Positions 1 to 10,604 are shown, counted from the first letter of the stretch. The stretch: 64,000 nucleotides of DNA from an uncultured bacterium (GCA_964385615.1 CAYLPP010000007.1:44426-108425); one strand, 5' to 3'. Notes: a model not told the origin generated them from the sequence alone. Made by a program: numbers and translations.

Positions 1-890
1 GCGTCAAAAAATTCTTCAAGCGCGGCCACGGAAACCCCGCCCACAATGCCGAATATCAGCCCAAGCAATAAGTTTAGGAGCTTCTTGGGTTTCACGGGTT
101 TCAGAGGAATATGCGCCGGAGTTTGAATCCAAATATTGTTGGGCCTCAAACTTTCACGGCTAACTTGCGGACTTCCTTCTGAAGAGGAAACCAGGTCGGT
201 CCGTGAAGTATTTTGATCCCGAATCGCGATTGCAAGCTGTTCCATCTGCTCCCGCACACGAGCCCGAGCCGGAAACTTAGGCTTGTACCGCTTGGACAGC
301 TCCACTTCCTTAGACTGAAGGGACAAGTACTCATTCTTCATCAAATTCAGCGTTTCTGAACGCGTTGTCCGGGCCAGGTTTTCAGCGACAAAGACACGCG
401 CGATCTCATTAGCGAGAATCGCGGACATCTTGGGGCTCGGATCTTCAACCCGTAAAAGAACGAGGCGGGTCTGCTTCACGGGTTCAACGGACATAAGATC
501 CATCAAATTCTTAACCGGATCGTCACCCGAATTGTATTTTGGATCTTTCGCCAAATTAAGGTTTGAATAAACCAGTTCAGCGACCCGGCGGCTTTTGAGA
601 ACTTCCATCTGAGTCCTGTAATAATCCGCGTAAGTCATATAGCTGGTCTGCGCGACGGTCGCATCATCACGGCTGTTATAAATGGCCAGCAGTGTTGGAG
701 TTTCCATATCCACCGCGATTGAGACGGTTGCACGGTAAATCGGCTTTTGCAAAAATGTGCCGAAAGCCACCGCTAAAAAAATCAAAACAGCGACCGTAAT
801 GACACTTAACTTACGGCGCACGAGGAGCCGGTAAAAAGTCTGCAGCTCCTGCGAAAGGTCCAGGTTAACAGTAGGTGTAGGATTCGACAT
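1..890 (-). CDS. Polysaccharide co-polymerase / chain-length determinant (Wzz/GumC/PCP family); start ATG at 890, C-terminal part continues beyond window left edge
   Basis: Translated manually from ATG at 890 with no stop down to nt 1 (~296 aa in window). Motifs: MSNPTPTVNLDLSQELQTFYRLLVRRKLSVITVAVLIFLAVAFGTFLQKPIYRATVSIAVD (typical PCP N-terminal TM1 plus periplasmic domain), then a coiled-coil-like middle. A proline-rich segment TPAHIPLKPVKPKK is followed by a second TM helix LLNLLLGLIFGIVGGVSVAAL at the window edge, the hallmark arrangement of PCP proteins. Start lies 2 nt past the stop of the upstream Wza-like gene. Not in the ORF track because no stop is in the window. Confidence 0.7.
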   Translation of the reverse strand, partial: MSNPTPTVNLDLSQELQTFYRLLVRRKLSVITVAVLIFLAVAFGTFLQKPIYRATVSIAVDMETPTLLAIYNSRDDATVAQTSYMTYADYYRTQMEVLKSRRVAELVYSNLNLAKDPKYNSGDDPVKNLMDLMSVEPVKQTRLVLLRVEDPSPKMSAILANEIARVFVAENLARTTRSETLNLMKNEYLSLQSKEVELSKRYKPKFPARARVREQMEQLAIAIRDQNTSRTDLVSSSEGSPQVSRESLRPNNIWIQTPAHIPLKPVKPKKLLNLLLGLIFGIVGGVSVAALEEFFD

Positions 891-891
891 T

Positions 892-1518
892 TTATAACCA
901 GCTTTCCGGAACAAAAATGACATCGGCAGGCTGAACCTCGACGTCTTTGCTTTTGTTCCCTTTTTGAACGATATCCTTAGCGTTAACTTCAATCGTACGG
1001 GCACCGCCGGCTTCCGAGCGGATAATACGGACTTTATTAACCGCGGCGACTTTAGAAAACCCGCCGGCCATAGCAATGACTTCCATCATGGTTGTCGGCT
1101 TGCCGGGAGGAATTTGATAAGACCCCGGCTTATTGACAGCCCCCGTCACGGAAACCGTGCGGTTATGGTAAGACTGAATGTAAACCTGAACCTGCGGGTT
1201 GACCAGATAGTCGGCCTCAAGAAGACGGGTCAATTCCGACTGCAGTTTTGAAACACTCCATCCGCCGATGCTTAAACGCCCCAGTAGAGGAAAATCGATT
1301 TCCCCCTGAGAAGAAACCCGGACGGAAGTCGTTAATTCCGGTTCTTCATAAACGCTGATTTGAAGGACGTCATCCGGCTGAATCAGATAATCCGCGGACG
1401 GCGCCAAAACGCTGACGGCATCCATCGAAGAAGGAATCACAGGAACATCTTCAGCCGCAAGCAGCGGAAGGAACGCCATTAGCAGTAAAAACAAAATGGA
1501 AAACGTTTTCTTTTTCAT
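892..1518 (-). CDS. Wza-like polysaccharide export protein (short, ~208 aa, signal peptide)
   Basis: ORF track 892..1704. The likely true start is the internal MKKKTFSILFLLLMAFLPLLAAED signal peptide at 1518, which does not overlap the upstream gene whose stop is at 1526. The body resembles the poly_export/SLBB fold (…VSVTGAVNKPGSYQIPPGKPTTMMEVIAMAGGF…IIRSE…). Confidence 0.65.
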   Translation of the reverse strand: MKKKTFSILFLLLMAFLPLLAAEDVPVIPSSMDAVSVLAPSADYLIQPDDVLQISVYEEPELTTSVRVSSQGEIDFPLLGRLSIGGWSVSKLQSELTRLLEADYLVNPQVQVYIQSYHNRTVSVTGAVNKPGSYQIPPGKPTTMMEVIAMAGGFSKVAAVNKVRIIRSEAGGARTIEVNAKDIVQKGNKSKDVEVQPADVIFVPESWL

Positions 1519-1525
1519 ATTCACC

Positions 1526-2881
1526 TCAATAAGCCAGACTAATGTCAAAAATAAAACGGTTTTGATCATATTCGAAATCATTAAAGGTTGAAGACCGGTC
1601 GCGAAAGCGGTACCCGATACCCGTTGAAAGCCATTCCTTTGCCTGGTAGCGCAAATCAATTCCAGCGCCCCATAAATTGTCAGTACGCTCTCCCCGGACA
1701 CCATTCACAACCGCGGTTTGAGGATAGCGGTTATGCTGCCATGAAAAATGGGGCGTAAGGACCCACCGGCTGAAAAATCGCCGGCTGTAGCTGAGAACAA
1801 CACGGTCCGCTCCGTACCAAGAATTGTTCTGAAACGTAGACTGTTCCACGTCGCGCACGTAATCCACTTGAACCGCGTCACGGGGGCTGATTTTATAAGC
1901 AAGATTCGCGTCCACAACAAAACCATTATAATCCTGCTGTTCATCCTGGCCTGAAAACTCATCCAGACGGCGGGCTTGAAAACCGCCTTTAATTTCCGTG
2001 ACAAGATCTTCGGCGTATTCCCCTCGGATACCCGCCAGAATTTGCCAGAAAGCCTGGTCAGAATTCGCAACTTTGCGGTCGTAGTATGACAACCCCGCGT
2101 CATTTTGAATGATCAGGGATGTTTTCTCCCAGAAGCGGTAACCTAAAAGAACCGACATGATATCTTCTTCATAGTCATAGGGTTTGAGTCCCGGAGCGGA
2201 GTGCTCAACGGTATGATGCGTGTACCCGGGTTCGAAAATAAAACGGGCCCCTTTATATTTCGCGATAGCCTGCACGGAATTAGCGAGTAAATCATCACGG
2301 GTCGACGAAGCGTTCGTCTGGCGGGACTGCTCATTTTTAAAGGTATCTTCCAGAATCAACCGCCAATCATTGTTCGCGTAAAACTCCGCCAGTCCGTGAG
2401 CGAAGTGATTAATGGAGTTTTCTTCAGTCTGGTCGGCGAAATTGACGATTTCCATGCCGTATCCGCCTGAAATTCTAAACTTGTCATCTTTTTGAATTTC
2501 CGCGCTGAGAGCTGGAAGCTCACGGAAAATAACATCGGCTTCGCGGTCATGACGCGATAAACGGACGTTATCATCCACCTCAAATATCTGTGAAAACGCG
2601 GGATGGAGCCGCAAAATCCCAAGAGCGATTCCGGTCGCGGTATCCCCTTTGCGCACGCGAGGCAGGTTGGTGCGCCTGTCGAAATTCGTCATTCCAATCG
2701 GCGACTGCCCCCGGCGGAACTGCACGCTTTTATCATCATCATAATAATCCTCGAGGACTTTATCGTAAGTCCACCCGCGGGCGTCATCGCTGACGAACTC
2801 CGCCAGAAGACGGCCCGGCACAAGAAGCATGAATAAATAAAAGAGAGTTCCGGCAGTTTTAACTTTTGAAGTCATCATCAC
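1526..2881 (-). CDS. Outer-membrane beta-barrel protein of the EPS-locus-associated type (BBP2-like), with signal peptide
   Basis: 451 aa. N-terminal signal peptide MMMTSKVKTAGTLFYLFMLLVPGRLLAEF. Alternating amphipathic beta-strand pattern with many Y/W/F/R/D residues, and a C-terminal aromatic-ending strand …FIFDISLAY. Start overlaps the sulfotransferase stop (ATGA). Sits between the sulfotransferase and wza. Confidence 0.5.
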   Translation of the reverse strand: MMMTSKVKTAGTLFYLFMLLVPGRLLAEFVSDDARGWTYDKVLEDYYDDDKSVQFRRGQSPIGMTNFDRRTNLPRVRKGDTATGIALGILRLHPAFSQIFEVDDNVRLSRHDREADVIFRELPALSAEIQKDDKFRISGGYGMEIVNFADQTEENSINHFAHGLAEFYANNDWRLILEDTFKNEQSRQTNASSTRDDLLANSVQAIAKYKGARFIFEPGYTHHTVEHSAPGLKPYDYEEDIMSVLLGYRFWEKTSLIIQNDAGLSYYDRKVANSDQAFWQILAGIRGEYAEDLVTEIKGGFQARRLDEFSGQDEQQDYNGFVVDANLAYKISPRDAVQVDYVRDVEQSTFQNNSWYGADRVVLSYSRRFFSRWVLTPHFSWQHNRYPQTAVVNGVRGERTDNLWGAGIDLRYQAKEWLSTGIGYRFRDRSSTFNDFEYDQNRFIFDISLAY

Positions 2882-4581
2882 TTTTGCACTCCCGCGTGCT
2901 CCGGTAAATACCCAAACTGACGCAGGGAATCTCCGGAAAGTTGAACAATCAGGCTTTTCTGCTGATCCGTCAAACGCCTGATCTGGTTTTCATTAGAATC
3001 CATTCTGAAATGTTTTTGAAACTCATCAATTCCAAGCCAAACGACTTCTTTCCACTTCCGGTCGTCAACATTCTGGTGCGAACCGTCTTTATTCAGCACT
3101 TTTTTCACCTGCAGACGGACTTTGCCTTTCAAATCCGCAATATCAAGATCGGCAAGCTTGTAGATATGCTCCAACATTTCCTGCGGACGCTCCAGAATAT
3201 CTTCGTAACGGAGAATGTGATAGCGGGGAATCAAACGCGCGTCTTCTACCATGCGCTTAACCCCCATATCATAGTGACGCACAAAAGCCTCGAAATCGTA
3301 CCCGCGCCGAAGGTGCCCTTCAGCGACAGCAAAACCGTTGCGGATCAGACCAAAAAAAACGGCATCGGGGTATATCCGCGCGAGTTCCCTGGAAACAAAA
3401 ATCAAGCCGTCCAGGTTCTTACTCAGAAGCCTGGATTTACGGATATCATCATCCGTGCTTAGAACATTCTCGAATTTATAAAGGTTCTGAGTTTCATCGC
3501 GGGCACACAATTTCTCGTTATAAAAAATCCGGTCGATCCTATCCTGAGTGCTGGGACTGAAAGACTTGCGGTCGGTCCAGTCATTAAACCTGAAAATATC
3601 TGCCGCCTCCGTCAAAACAATCGGCAGATAGCGGAGATTTTTGGCGATCCTTGTCCAGATTGACTCATCCAGTTTTCCCTTAAAAACCTCATTCAATTCG
3701 CCTCTTGGAGAGCAAACCGAAGGATGAGACCTCAGCAGGTTTAGCAGGATATTAGACCCGCCATAAGCGAAAGCGGCGATGAAAATCGGTCTTTTATTGA
3801 GACGCTCGGTAGGGGCGGGCGCGGCACTGTGGGTTTTATAAAGCGCAAGTTCATGGTAAAGCGACATAACATCGCCGTCTTTCGGATAACATAGACGGTG
3901 AAGCTTCAGAATGATTTTAAAAAAAATACCTGAGACTTCCTTGCTTCGGTAAAGCTTATTATTACGGGAATCTTTCAGCGGAACGCCCATGAATTCCGAA
4001 AGACGCTGAATCATGTCCCCACCCGACATAAAATCCCGATACTGCGTGAAAAATACCGGCTGATTCGTAGTCTTTAGGATTTTCAGAATCTCAGCATTAT
4101 AGACATACCAGGCGTGAAGCGATTTCAACCCAAGTTTGATCTTGCGGATAATTTTCCACTTGCCCGGCTGATTATTGTAGTGAGACCAAAGTTCCGCGGG
4201 ATGACGGTAAATGGCTACGATCTTATGGTCAGGCAGTACTTTTCGCCAAAGATTGTAAGTCAGGCAGGTTCGAGGATCTTTAAATCCCCAATCTTTATTC
4301 AGCGCGCTCGTTTTCTCAACAAAACCGCGCAGCTTTCCCATTACCTCCGGATCCACAAGGGTATCTGATTCCATGACACGGTTGATATCAAGGCTATGCG
4401 CCTTGTAATCACAGCCGAGCACTTCAATATTCAGATCGTGGGTCTCAAGACGCTCAAACTTATTTCCCTGGTCATACCCCTTCGATTCATCAAAAGTGCC
4501 CATGGGAATATTTGATTCATGCAAAATCCGGGAAAGAAGCGTTGTGCCCGATTTATGCATACCCAACAAAATATAGATCAT
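2878..4581 (-). CDS. Tandem (two-domain) sulfotransferase family protein
   Basis: 567 aa. N-terminal domain begins MIYILLGMHKSGTTLLSRIL (PAPS 5'-phosphosulfate-binding K-S-G-T-T loop). The second half begins PIFIAAFAYGGSNILLNLLRSHP, a degenerate second 5'-PSB-like loop. Each half is about 270 aa, the size of one sulfotransferase fold. Confidence 0.6.
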   Translation of the reverse strand: MIYILLGMHKSGTTLLSRILHESNIPMGTFDESKGYDQGNKFERLETHDLNIEVLGCDYKAHSLDINRVMESDTLVDPEVMGKLRGFVEKTSALNKDWGFKDPRTCLTYNLWRKVLPDHKIVAIYRHPAELWSHYNNQPGKWKIIRKIKLGLKSLHAWYVYNAEILKILKTTNQPVFFTQYRDFMSGGDMIQRLSEFMGVPLKDSRNNKLYRSKEVSGIFFKIILKLHRLCYPKDGDVMSLYHELALYKTHSAAPAPTERLNKRPIFIAAFAYGGSNILLNLLRSHPSVCSPRGELNEVFKGKLDESIWTRIAKNLRYLPIVLTEAADIFRFNDWTDRKSFSPSTQDRIDRIFYNEKLCARDETQNLYKFENVLSTDDDIRKSRLLSKNLDGLIFVSRELARIYPDAVFFGLIRNGFAVAEGHLRRGYDFEAFVRHYDMGVKRMVEDARLIPRYHILRYEDILERPQEMLEHIYKLADLDIADLKGKVRLQVKKVLNKDGSHQNVDDRKWKEVVWLGIDEFQKHFRMDSNENQIRRLTDQQKSLIVQLSGDSLRQFGYLPEHAGVQK

Positions 4582-4835
4582 CGCGGATTTAAATGAAGGG
4601 TTCCAAGAGCCGACTTTTTAAGCGGCGTCGTCGAATACCCAAGACTCCTTATTATGGTTTTCCCGCAGTTATAGCTCCCCCAGCCCGCAGGATAATCGGA
4701 AGGCCTTTAAGATAGCTGATGGATGGCAGGCGGTCAAGTTATTCGGGAACTTTTTTTATTATCGGACTTTATTTTGTAAATGAGCGCCGTAAAAGAAGTT
4801 AAGGCTTTTTAATATAAACCGGAAAAACTTTCAAC
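4582..4835. promoter_or_regulatory. 254-bp AT-richer intergenic region: likely promoter/5' leader of the sulfotransferase–beta-barrel–wza–wzz operon (and 3' end of nnr)
   Basis: This is the largest non-coding gap in the window. It contains T-runs (ctttttttattatcggactttattttgtaaatg) and is visibly lower in GC than the flanking CDS. No specific promoter elements are called. Confidence 0.3.
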
Positions 4836-5483
4836 TTATAGCAGGAGCTGTCTTGGAAGTCCAATATCAACATTCACGATTTGCCCGGCCAAAATGGGGC
4901 CTGCACCCCTAAAAACGCCAATCTTAGGTGCCCCTAAAGAGGCCGTCACCACCGCCTTCACCGCATCGCCCAAAATCTCCCCTGTGTCACTTTGCAGTCC
5001 GGAAGGAATATCTACTGAAAGCACCGGAATCCCGGAAGTTTTCACGATGCTTATCCAGGACAAAACCTCTCCTTCAACTGGACGGCTGAGACCGGTGCCA
5101 AAGAGAGCATCAATAATCAAATCATGTTTCATAATATCGCTTAAGCACAGCGAAGAAAAGACGGGAACATTCAACTCCCTGAGCCTGGTAAAATTGGTAA
5201 GACTCTCCCCTTTCAGGGCGGAAGAATCCGCGAAAAGGCTGACGCGAACCCGCGATCCTAATTGAGTCAAATAACGGGCGCAGACAAAACCATCCCCCCC
5301 ATTATTTCCTTTTCCGCAAAGGACTAGAACCCGCGAAGGAGAGAATTTTTTCATAGCCAGCTCAGCCACACCCCGGCCGGCATTTTCCATCAGAGTAAGG
5401 GGAGAAATTGAAAAACGCTCAAACGCGAGACGTTCGAGCTCCCGCATCCGCTGGGCGGAAACGGGTTCAGGCAGGTTCGCCAA
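4836..5483 (-). CDS. NAD(P)H-hydrate epimerase (stand-alone YjeF-N domain)
   Basis: 215 aa; conserved YjeF-N motif VLVLCGKGNNGGDGFVCARYL. Start overlaps the miaB stop. Confidence 0.75.
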   Translation of the reverse strand: MANLPEPVSAQRMRELERLAFERFSISPLTLMENAGRGVAELAMKKFSPSRVLVLCGKGNNGGDGFVCARYLTQLGSRVRVSLFADSSALKGESLTNFTRLRELNVPVFSSLCLSDIMKHDLIIDALFGTGLSRPVEGEVLSWISIVKTSGIPVLSVDIPSGLQSDTGEILGDAVKAVVTASLGAPKIGVFRGAGPILAGQIVNVDIGLPRQLLL

Positions 5484-6891
5484 GAAAAGTTTCCCGGCGT
5501 AACTCCGTAAGCTTCAAACGGATGCTCCGGCCGATTTGGGAAGGCTCTCCTTTAAAGAGAACCGTTTTCTCCTGATTCAGGCGGGCTTTCATCTCTCCGG
5601 GATTTCGGGAACTTTCCGCGTCCACAAAAACCTCAAACGTGCGTCCAATCATCCGAAGATTATTTTCATCCCGAATTTTTTCTTGAATCTTTAAAAGTTC
5701 CGCCAAACGCGATTCCTTAACTTCGGAAGTCACATTATCTTTAAGTTTCGCGGCAGGAGTGCCGGGTCGGACCGAATACTTATAAACATAGGCGTCGTCA
5801 AACCGCAAACGCTCCATAGCTTTAACGGTCTCCCGGTAATCTTCTTCCGTCTCCCCCGAAAAGCCCACAATAATGTCCGTGGTCACGGAAATATCAGGAA
5901 TCAACTCGCGCATCCGGGCGATCTTCCCCGCGAACTCCTCAAAAGTGTGCAAACGCTTCATCCGCTTCAGCATCCGGTCTGAACCCGACTGAAGAGGCAG
6001 ATGAAACCGCCTGGAGATTTTCGGATTGCGGGCAATGACCTGAAAAAGTTCTTCCGTGGCATCATGCGGGTGTGAAGTGGTGAAAGAAATCTTTTCCAAC
6101 CCTTCGATACCGCAAAGACTCTCGAGAAGCTCAGCGAAATTAGAGCCTTTTCGGGCTTGCGCGCTTGGGCTTTGCGGTTCAAGTACGATTCGGGGAGCTT
6201 TCGCTGAAATCGCCTCCGAATCGTAACTGTTCACATTCTGCCCCAAAAGCGTAATCCACTTTACGCCCTCCTGAACCAGCCGGCTGGCTTCACGGTAAAC
6301 ATCCCGCGCGGGCATGGAAACTTCCTTCCCCCGGGTCGTGGGAACAATACAATAAGTGCAGGCTTTGTTACAGCCAGTCATAATCGGAAGCCACGCGTGA
6401 TGCTTGCCCCGGCGCCGGATTTGCTCCGAGTACTCGATTGAAATTCCTTCCTGGCGGATCCTGGAAACCTGCTCCCGGGACTCCAGTACTTGGTTCACAA
6501 GCGCCGGCAGTTCTTTGATATTGCGGGTTCCAACCATTAAATCGAGCGCGGGATATTTCTGGAAAAGTTTTTCACGGTGTTCTTCCACCATACAGCCCAT
6601 TAAACCAACTACCAGATTCGGATTTTTCTTCTTGGCGGCGGCAAGCATTGAAAGACGGCCAAAAACCCGCTCTTCCGCGTTTTCACGCACTGAGCAGGTA
6701 TTCATCAAAACAACATCCGCCCGGACTTCACCGCCGGCAGACGCCGGAAGCTTCATCTCTTCACCGTCCGGTTCATGAATCATTTCAAAACCGGCTTCAG
6801 ACAGGAATCCTTCCGCGACCTCCGTGTCATAGAGGTTCATCTGGCATCCGAAGGTTTTAATCGCGACTTTTAACTTTTTAGGGGAGTTCAT
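5467..6891 (-). CDS. miaB: tRNA-i6A37 methylthiotransferase MiaB (radical SAM MTTase)
   Basis: 474 aa. N-terminal MTTase motif KVAIKTFGCQMNLYDTE, radical-SAM CxxxCxxC box PIMTGCNKACTYCIVPTTRGKE, and a C-terminal TRAM-like region. Confidence 0.8.
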   Translation of the reverse strand: MNSPKKLKVAIKTFGCQMNLYDTEVAEGFLSEAGFEMIHEPDGEEMKLPASAGGEVRADVVLMNTCSVRENAEERVFGRLSMLAAAKKKNPNLVVGLMGCMVEEHREKLFQKYPALDLMVGTRNIKELPALVNQVLESREQVSRIRQEGISIEYSEQIRRRGKHHAWLPIMTGCNKACTYCIVPTTRGKEVSMPARDVYREASRLVQEGVKWITLLGQNVNSYDSEAISAKAPRIVLEPQSPSAQARKGSNFAELLESLCGIEGLEKISFTTSHPHDATEELFQVIARNPKISRRFHLPLQSGSDRMLKRMKRLHTFEEFAGKIARMRELIPDISVTTDIIVGFSGETEEDYRETVKAMERLRFDDAYVYKYSVRPGTPAAKLKDNVTSEVKESRLAELLKIQEKIRDENNLRMIGRTFEVFVDAESSRNPGEMKARLNQEKTVLFKGEPSQIGRSIRLKLTELRRETFLGEPA

Positions 6892-6935
6892 GGGGGTGAA
6901 TTATAGCAAAAAAGCGGGGGCCGGCCTACCCTTAA

Positions 6936-9900
6936 TCAGGCCGCTTTCCTCAGCCCCGGCAGGTATCCTTCCAGGACACGGATCAAGTCTTCCTTGCGCA
7001 CCGGTTTTGCCAGATAAGCGTCACAGCCCGCGGCAAAACATTCGTCCCGGTGTTCCTTCATAGCATCAGCAGTCAGGGCGACAATCACCCGGTGAAGCGG
7101 ACTCCCAGTCTCTTTAGAACGGATCAACCGCACGGCGGAATAGCCGTCCATTTCCGGCATCTGCATATCCATCAATACCAGACTGAAACTGGATTCGAGC
7201 ATTTTTTCAACGGCCTCATTTCCGTTCCGCGCCTCAGCAATTTCAACCGGGAGTTTTTTAAGAAAAGCCTGGATCAAAAGGCGGTTGTCTTCAGAATCAT
7301 CGGCCAGAAGAATTTTATAACTTCCGTTTAAATTTTGATTTTCCACGGGCGAAAACGCGGGTTTTGATTCGCCTGGAAAATCCTTCTCGGCACGCCTCTC
7401 TTCCCCGGGAAGCATCGGCAGCGTAAAAGAAAATACGGACCCCTGATGTTCATGGCTAGTCACGGCAATTTGCCCGCCCATTAACTCCACCAGACGCTTG
7501 CAGATGCTGAGGCCAAGCCCGGTGCCTCCATACTTGCGGGTCGTCGCGGAATCCGCCTGTGAAAAAGGTTTGAATAGTTTATGAAGTTTCCCAGCCGGGA
7601 TTCCAACTCCGGTATCTTCCACGGAAAACGTGACGGGAATTCTCCCGCTTCGATCGGCAGCTCCTGCCTCTAAAGAAACTTTGATTTCTCCTTTTTCCGT
7701 AAATTTCACGGCATTGTTGATCAAATTGATCAAAATCTGCTGAACCCGCGTGGAATCACCCATGACACGCTCGGGTAAATTAGGGCGGATATCGGCATGA
7801 AGGTTTATGCGCTTTTTAGCCGTTCTCTCCGTGAACATTTCAACTGTGCGCGACACCAGGTCTTGAAGCCTAAAAGGAAGACTTTCAATTTCCATGGATC
7901 CGGCTTCGATTTTTGACAAATCCAGAATATCGTTAATCAAATTCATCAAAGCGTCTCCGCCCGTCCTCAGTTTGGAAATATATTCACGCTGAGTTTCATC
8001 CAAATCCGTTTCGCCAAGCAGTTCGGCCATTCCTAAAATAATATTCATGGGAGTCCGGATTTCGTGGCTCATCGTCGCTAAAAATTCTGACTTCAACCTT
8101 GAAGCTTCCAAAGCTTCATCACGGGAACGCTGAAGGTTGATCTGAATCTGACGCTGAGCCGTCATATCGCGCGCCGTAACGGAAGCGCCTAAGAGATTCC
8201 CCTTTGAATCATGCAGCGGTGAAATCGTTAATGAAACGGGAACTTGAGTCCCGTCTTTACGCAAGCGCACCGACTCATATTGCTGAATGGAGATATCGTT
8301 TCGGATCCGGCGCATTAACTCCTCGAATTCGGCCTCCCGTCCCTCAGGGATCAAAATCGAAACCTTCTGTCCGATAATTTCATCCGCAGTATAGCCGAAG
8401 AGCTTTTCCGATCCATGGTTCCAACTCTGGATAATCCCATCCAAATCTTTACTAAAAATGGCATCCTCGGAAGACTCCACAATTGCCGCGAGTTTCGCAG
8501 TACTCTCTTCCGCCTTTTTGCGTTCTGTTAAATCCGCGGCAACTCCCAGGTACCCAGTGATTTGATTTTGACTGCCTCGAATAACCGTGACGACAAGGTT
8601 GACCGGAATTTTTGAACCGTCTTTACGCACATACGTCCATTCATGCTCATCAAATCCCTTTTGGCGGGCCTCCGCGATAAAAGTTTCAAAGCCCTGAACG
8701 GTACGGCCATACTTCACGGAAAGTTCCCGGCTGTAAGCCTCGACCTCGGAAGCCAAGTGAAATTTTGAAGGCGTCTCGATCCCGATCATTTCACGCCTGC
8801 TATACCCCAGCATTTTTTCAGCACCGGTATTGAAGAACGTAATCAGACCCTCAGGGTTTGTAGAAATCACTGAAACCTGATGCGCCGCCTGGAGCACGCT
8901 CTCCAAATCTCTCTGCGCTAAGAGAGCTTTTTCTTTCTCGCTCTTCAATTCCCCGGAAGATTCGATCAATCTTGAAACCAGCCCGGAAGCAACGATTGCC
9001 CCCAGCATCAAAAGAATCAGAAAAATCCAGAGTCCCGTTTCCTGGTGCTCCTTCATGTACCGCTCAGACGGAACCATCACGAGCGCGTAATTCCGCTCCC
9101 CGACATCAAAATAAAGCTTCTTATAAAATCCGCTGCTCTCAAGTTCGCGAACACGTTCCGCTCGGGGAAAATTAGAACTGTCAAACAGGCTCACTCCCGT
9201 CCCCTCCGAATTAGTCACGTCCAAAATCTGGAACGCGTAATAATTCAGGCTATCTCCATCAAAAACGCTTTGCAGAAAAAACGCCATTTGAATTTCCGCG
9301 GCAACATACCCCATAGGTGAAGCTCCGGGACCGGATGTATTCGTTCCTCCCTGATTGTTAAAGACCGGATAAACAAGAAGCAAAGACCACCGGTTTGATG
9401 AAAGAACGTCGGATCGGCGGACCCGTTCAGTGGCCACAATCGAGTCTTTCTTTGCCGATAATTTCAAAGCTTTTAAAACGAGCGGGTCTTCACCTCGGTC
9501 TATACCCATAAGATTCAAATTCGCGGATTGCGGTTCCACAAAAGTCACCGGATAATAAAATCCGGAATTCCCTCCCGCGTTTCCATCTGAAAACCTGATC
9601 TTGAATCCTGGGAAATTATCCGCCTCAGCAGACTGCTCAAAGATTTCTTTATTCTCCGCAGGAACTGCCGAAATCCATTCTAGATTCCGGAAGCTTTTCC
9701 CGCCGGCCAGAAGCATCTTTGTGAAGGATCGAAACTCCTCACGCTCTATCGATTTTGACCCTTCGTAAAAAGCCCTCAGCGACTTCAGGACAAGCACCGT
9801 TTGATTAAATTCACGCTTTAAAGCCGCCATTTTCTCGTGCGCGGTCGCGTTGAATTCCATCCCGGATTTTCTATATTGAACCTGACTCAGGATTTGAAGA

Positions 9901-10604
9901 ACCAAAAATGAAAGAACCACACCGATAAAAAAGACAAAAATGGCGCTCGGAAGGCTCTTTTTGTGCCGTTGAACCGCGGCCAGGAGCCCGGTACCGATTA
10001 ATAAAAAAGCGGCGGAAGTATGCAGAGCCATCCGCGTCAGAGATCCCCAGCCGTAAGTCGCTTCCGAATGGAAAAAATATCCGAGCATCGCGGCGCCGGC
10101 ATTGGCAATAATCAGTAAAGCGAGGTAATGAATGATCCCGTATTTAAAACCGCTCTTCCAAACACGGTCTGAACAAAGCGCCATTCCCGCCAGCAAGAAG
10201 CAAAGCGCGGTATTTGGCGCCGGGCGCCCCGCGTGGGAGGTTTTCGTCAATACATAAGCCTTCATGAAGAACTCATCAATTCCAAAATTGGAATTGAATA
10301 GATACTCAAGCAAAACTGCCAATGCCAGAGCCATCACCGAACTTCCAAAAATAAAAGCGAGAGAGGCGCGCTGAAAACTTAATGAAGCTAACCCTAAACC
10401 GATAAAAACCAATCCTAATGCGGTATTGAACTGCATGGGAGCAAATCCTGGAAAGACCTGAATCAGCACGGTATTATGAGTCAGCCATCCAAAAATCACT
10501 AAAACACCCAGGAAAGTAATCAGGAAAGATAAGAAGAGGGCCGTCCAAACTCCTCTGCCCCACGAACCAGAATCAAGCCGCGCGGTCATAAATAACCTCG
10601 ACAC
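6936..10604 (-). CDS. Hybrid sensor histidine kinase: multi-TM N-terminus, CHASE-like sensor, PAS domains, HisKA, HATPase, C-terminal receiver
   Basis: 1222 aa. About 7 hydrophobic helices at the N-terminus; an extracytoplasmic CHASE-like block; PAS-like repeats. H-box [12 protein letters not shown], HATPase G-boxes ([16 protein letters not shown]), and a C-terminal REC ([13 protein letters not shown]…[12 protein letters not shown]). Confidence 0.85.
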   Translation of the reverse strand: MSRLFMTARLDSGSWGRGVWTALFLSFLITFLGVLVIFGWLTHNTVLIQVFPGFAPMQFNTALGLVFIGLGLASLSFQRASLAFIFGSSVMALALAVLLEYLFNSNFGIDEFFMKAYVLTKTSHAGRPAPNTALCFLLAGMALCSDRVWKSGFKYGIIHYLALLIIANAGAAMLGYFFHSEATYGWGSLTRMALHTSAAFLLIGTGLLAAVQRHKKSLPSAIFVFFIGVVLSFLVLQILSQVQYRKSGMEFNATAHEKMAALKREFNQTVLVLKSLRAFYEGSKSIEREEFRSFTKMLLAGGKSFRNLEWISAVPAENKEIFEQSAEADNFPGFKIRFSDGNAGGNSGFYYPVTFVEPQSANLNLMGIDRGEDPLVLKALKLSAKKDSIVATERVRRSDVLSSNRWSLLLVYPVFNNQGGTNTSGPGASPMGYVAAEIQMAFFLQSVFDGDSLNYYAFQILDVTNSEGTGVSLFDSSNFPRAERVRELESSGFYKKLYFDVGERNYALVMVPSERYMKEHQETGLWIFLILLMLGAIVASGLVSRLIESSGELKSEKEKALLAQRDLESVLQAAHQVSVISTNPEGLITFFNTGAEKMLGYSRREMIGIETPSKFHLASEVEAYSRELSVKYGRTVQGFETFIAEARQKGFDEHEWTYVRKDGSKIPVNLVVTVIRGSQNQITGYLGVAADLTERKKAEESTAKLAAIVESSEDAIFSKDLDGIIQSWNHGSEKLFGYTADEIIGQKVSILIPEGREAEFEELMRRIRNDISIQQYESVRLRKDGTQVPVSLTISPLHDSKGNLLGASVTARDMTAQRQIQINLQRSRDEALEASRLKSEFLATMSHEIRTPMNIILGMAELLGETDLDETQREYISKLRTGGDALMNLINDILDLSKIEAGSMEIESLPFRLQDLVSRTVEMFTERTAKKRINLHADIRPNLPERVMGDSTRVQQILINLINNAVKFTEKGEIKVSLEAGAADRSGRIPVTFSVEDTGVGIPAGKLHKLFKPFSQADSATTRKYGGTGLGLSICKRLVELMGGQIAVTSHEHQGSVFSFTLPMLPGEERRAEKDFPGESKPAFSPVENQNLNGSYKILLADDSEDNRLLIQAFLKKLPVEIAEARNGNEAVEKMLESSFSLVLMDMQMPEMDGYSAVRLIRSKETGSPLHRVIVALTADAMKEHRDECFAAGCDAYLAKPVRKEDLIRVLEGYLPGLRKAA

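Noticed and set aside
146-334. Small ORFs in the track overlapping real genes (146..334, 964..1251, 1705..2103, 1748..1954 and many similar 60-170-aa ORFs)
   Set aside because: Each sits in an alternative frame or strand of a well-supported longer CDS and has no recognisable motif. They are treated as spurious.
4582-4835. Possible tRNA or T-loop-like sequence (ggcgtcgtcgaataccc) in the 254-bp intergenic region
   Set aside because: No acceptor-stem or anticodon-stem complementarity could be found around it. The resemblance to a T-arm (TTCGAATC) is partial and isolated.
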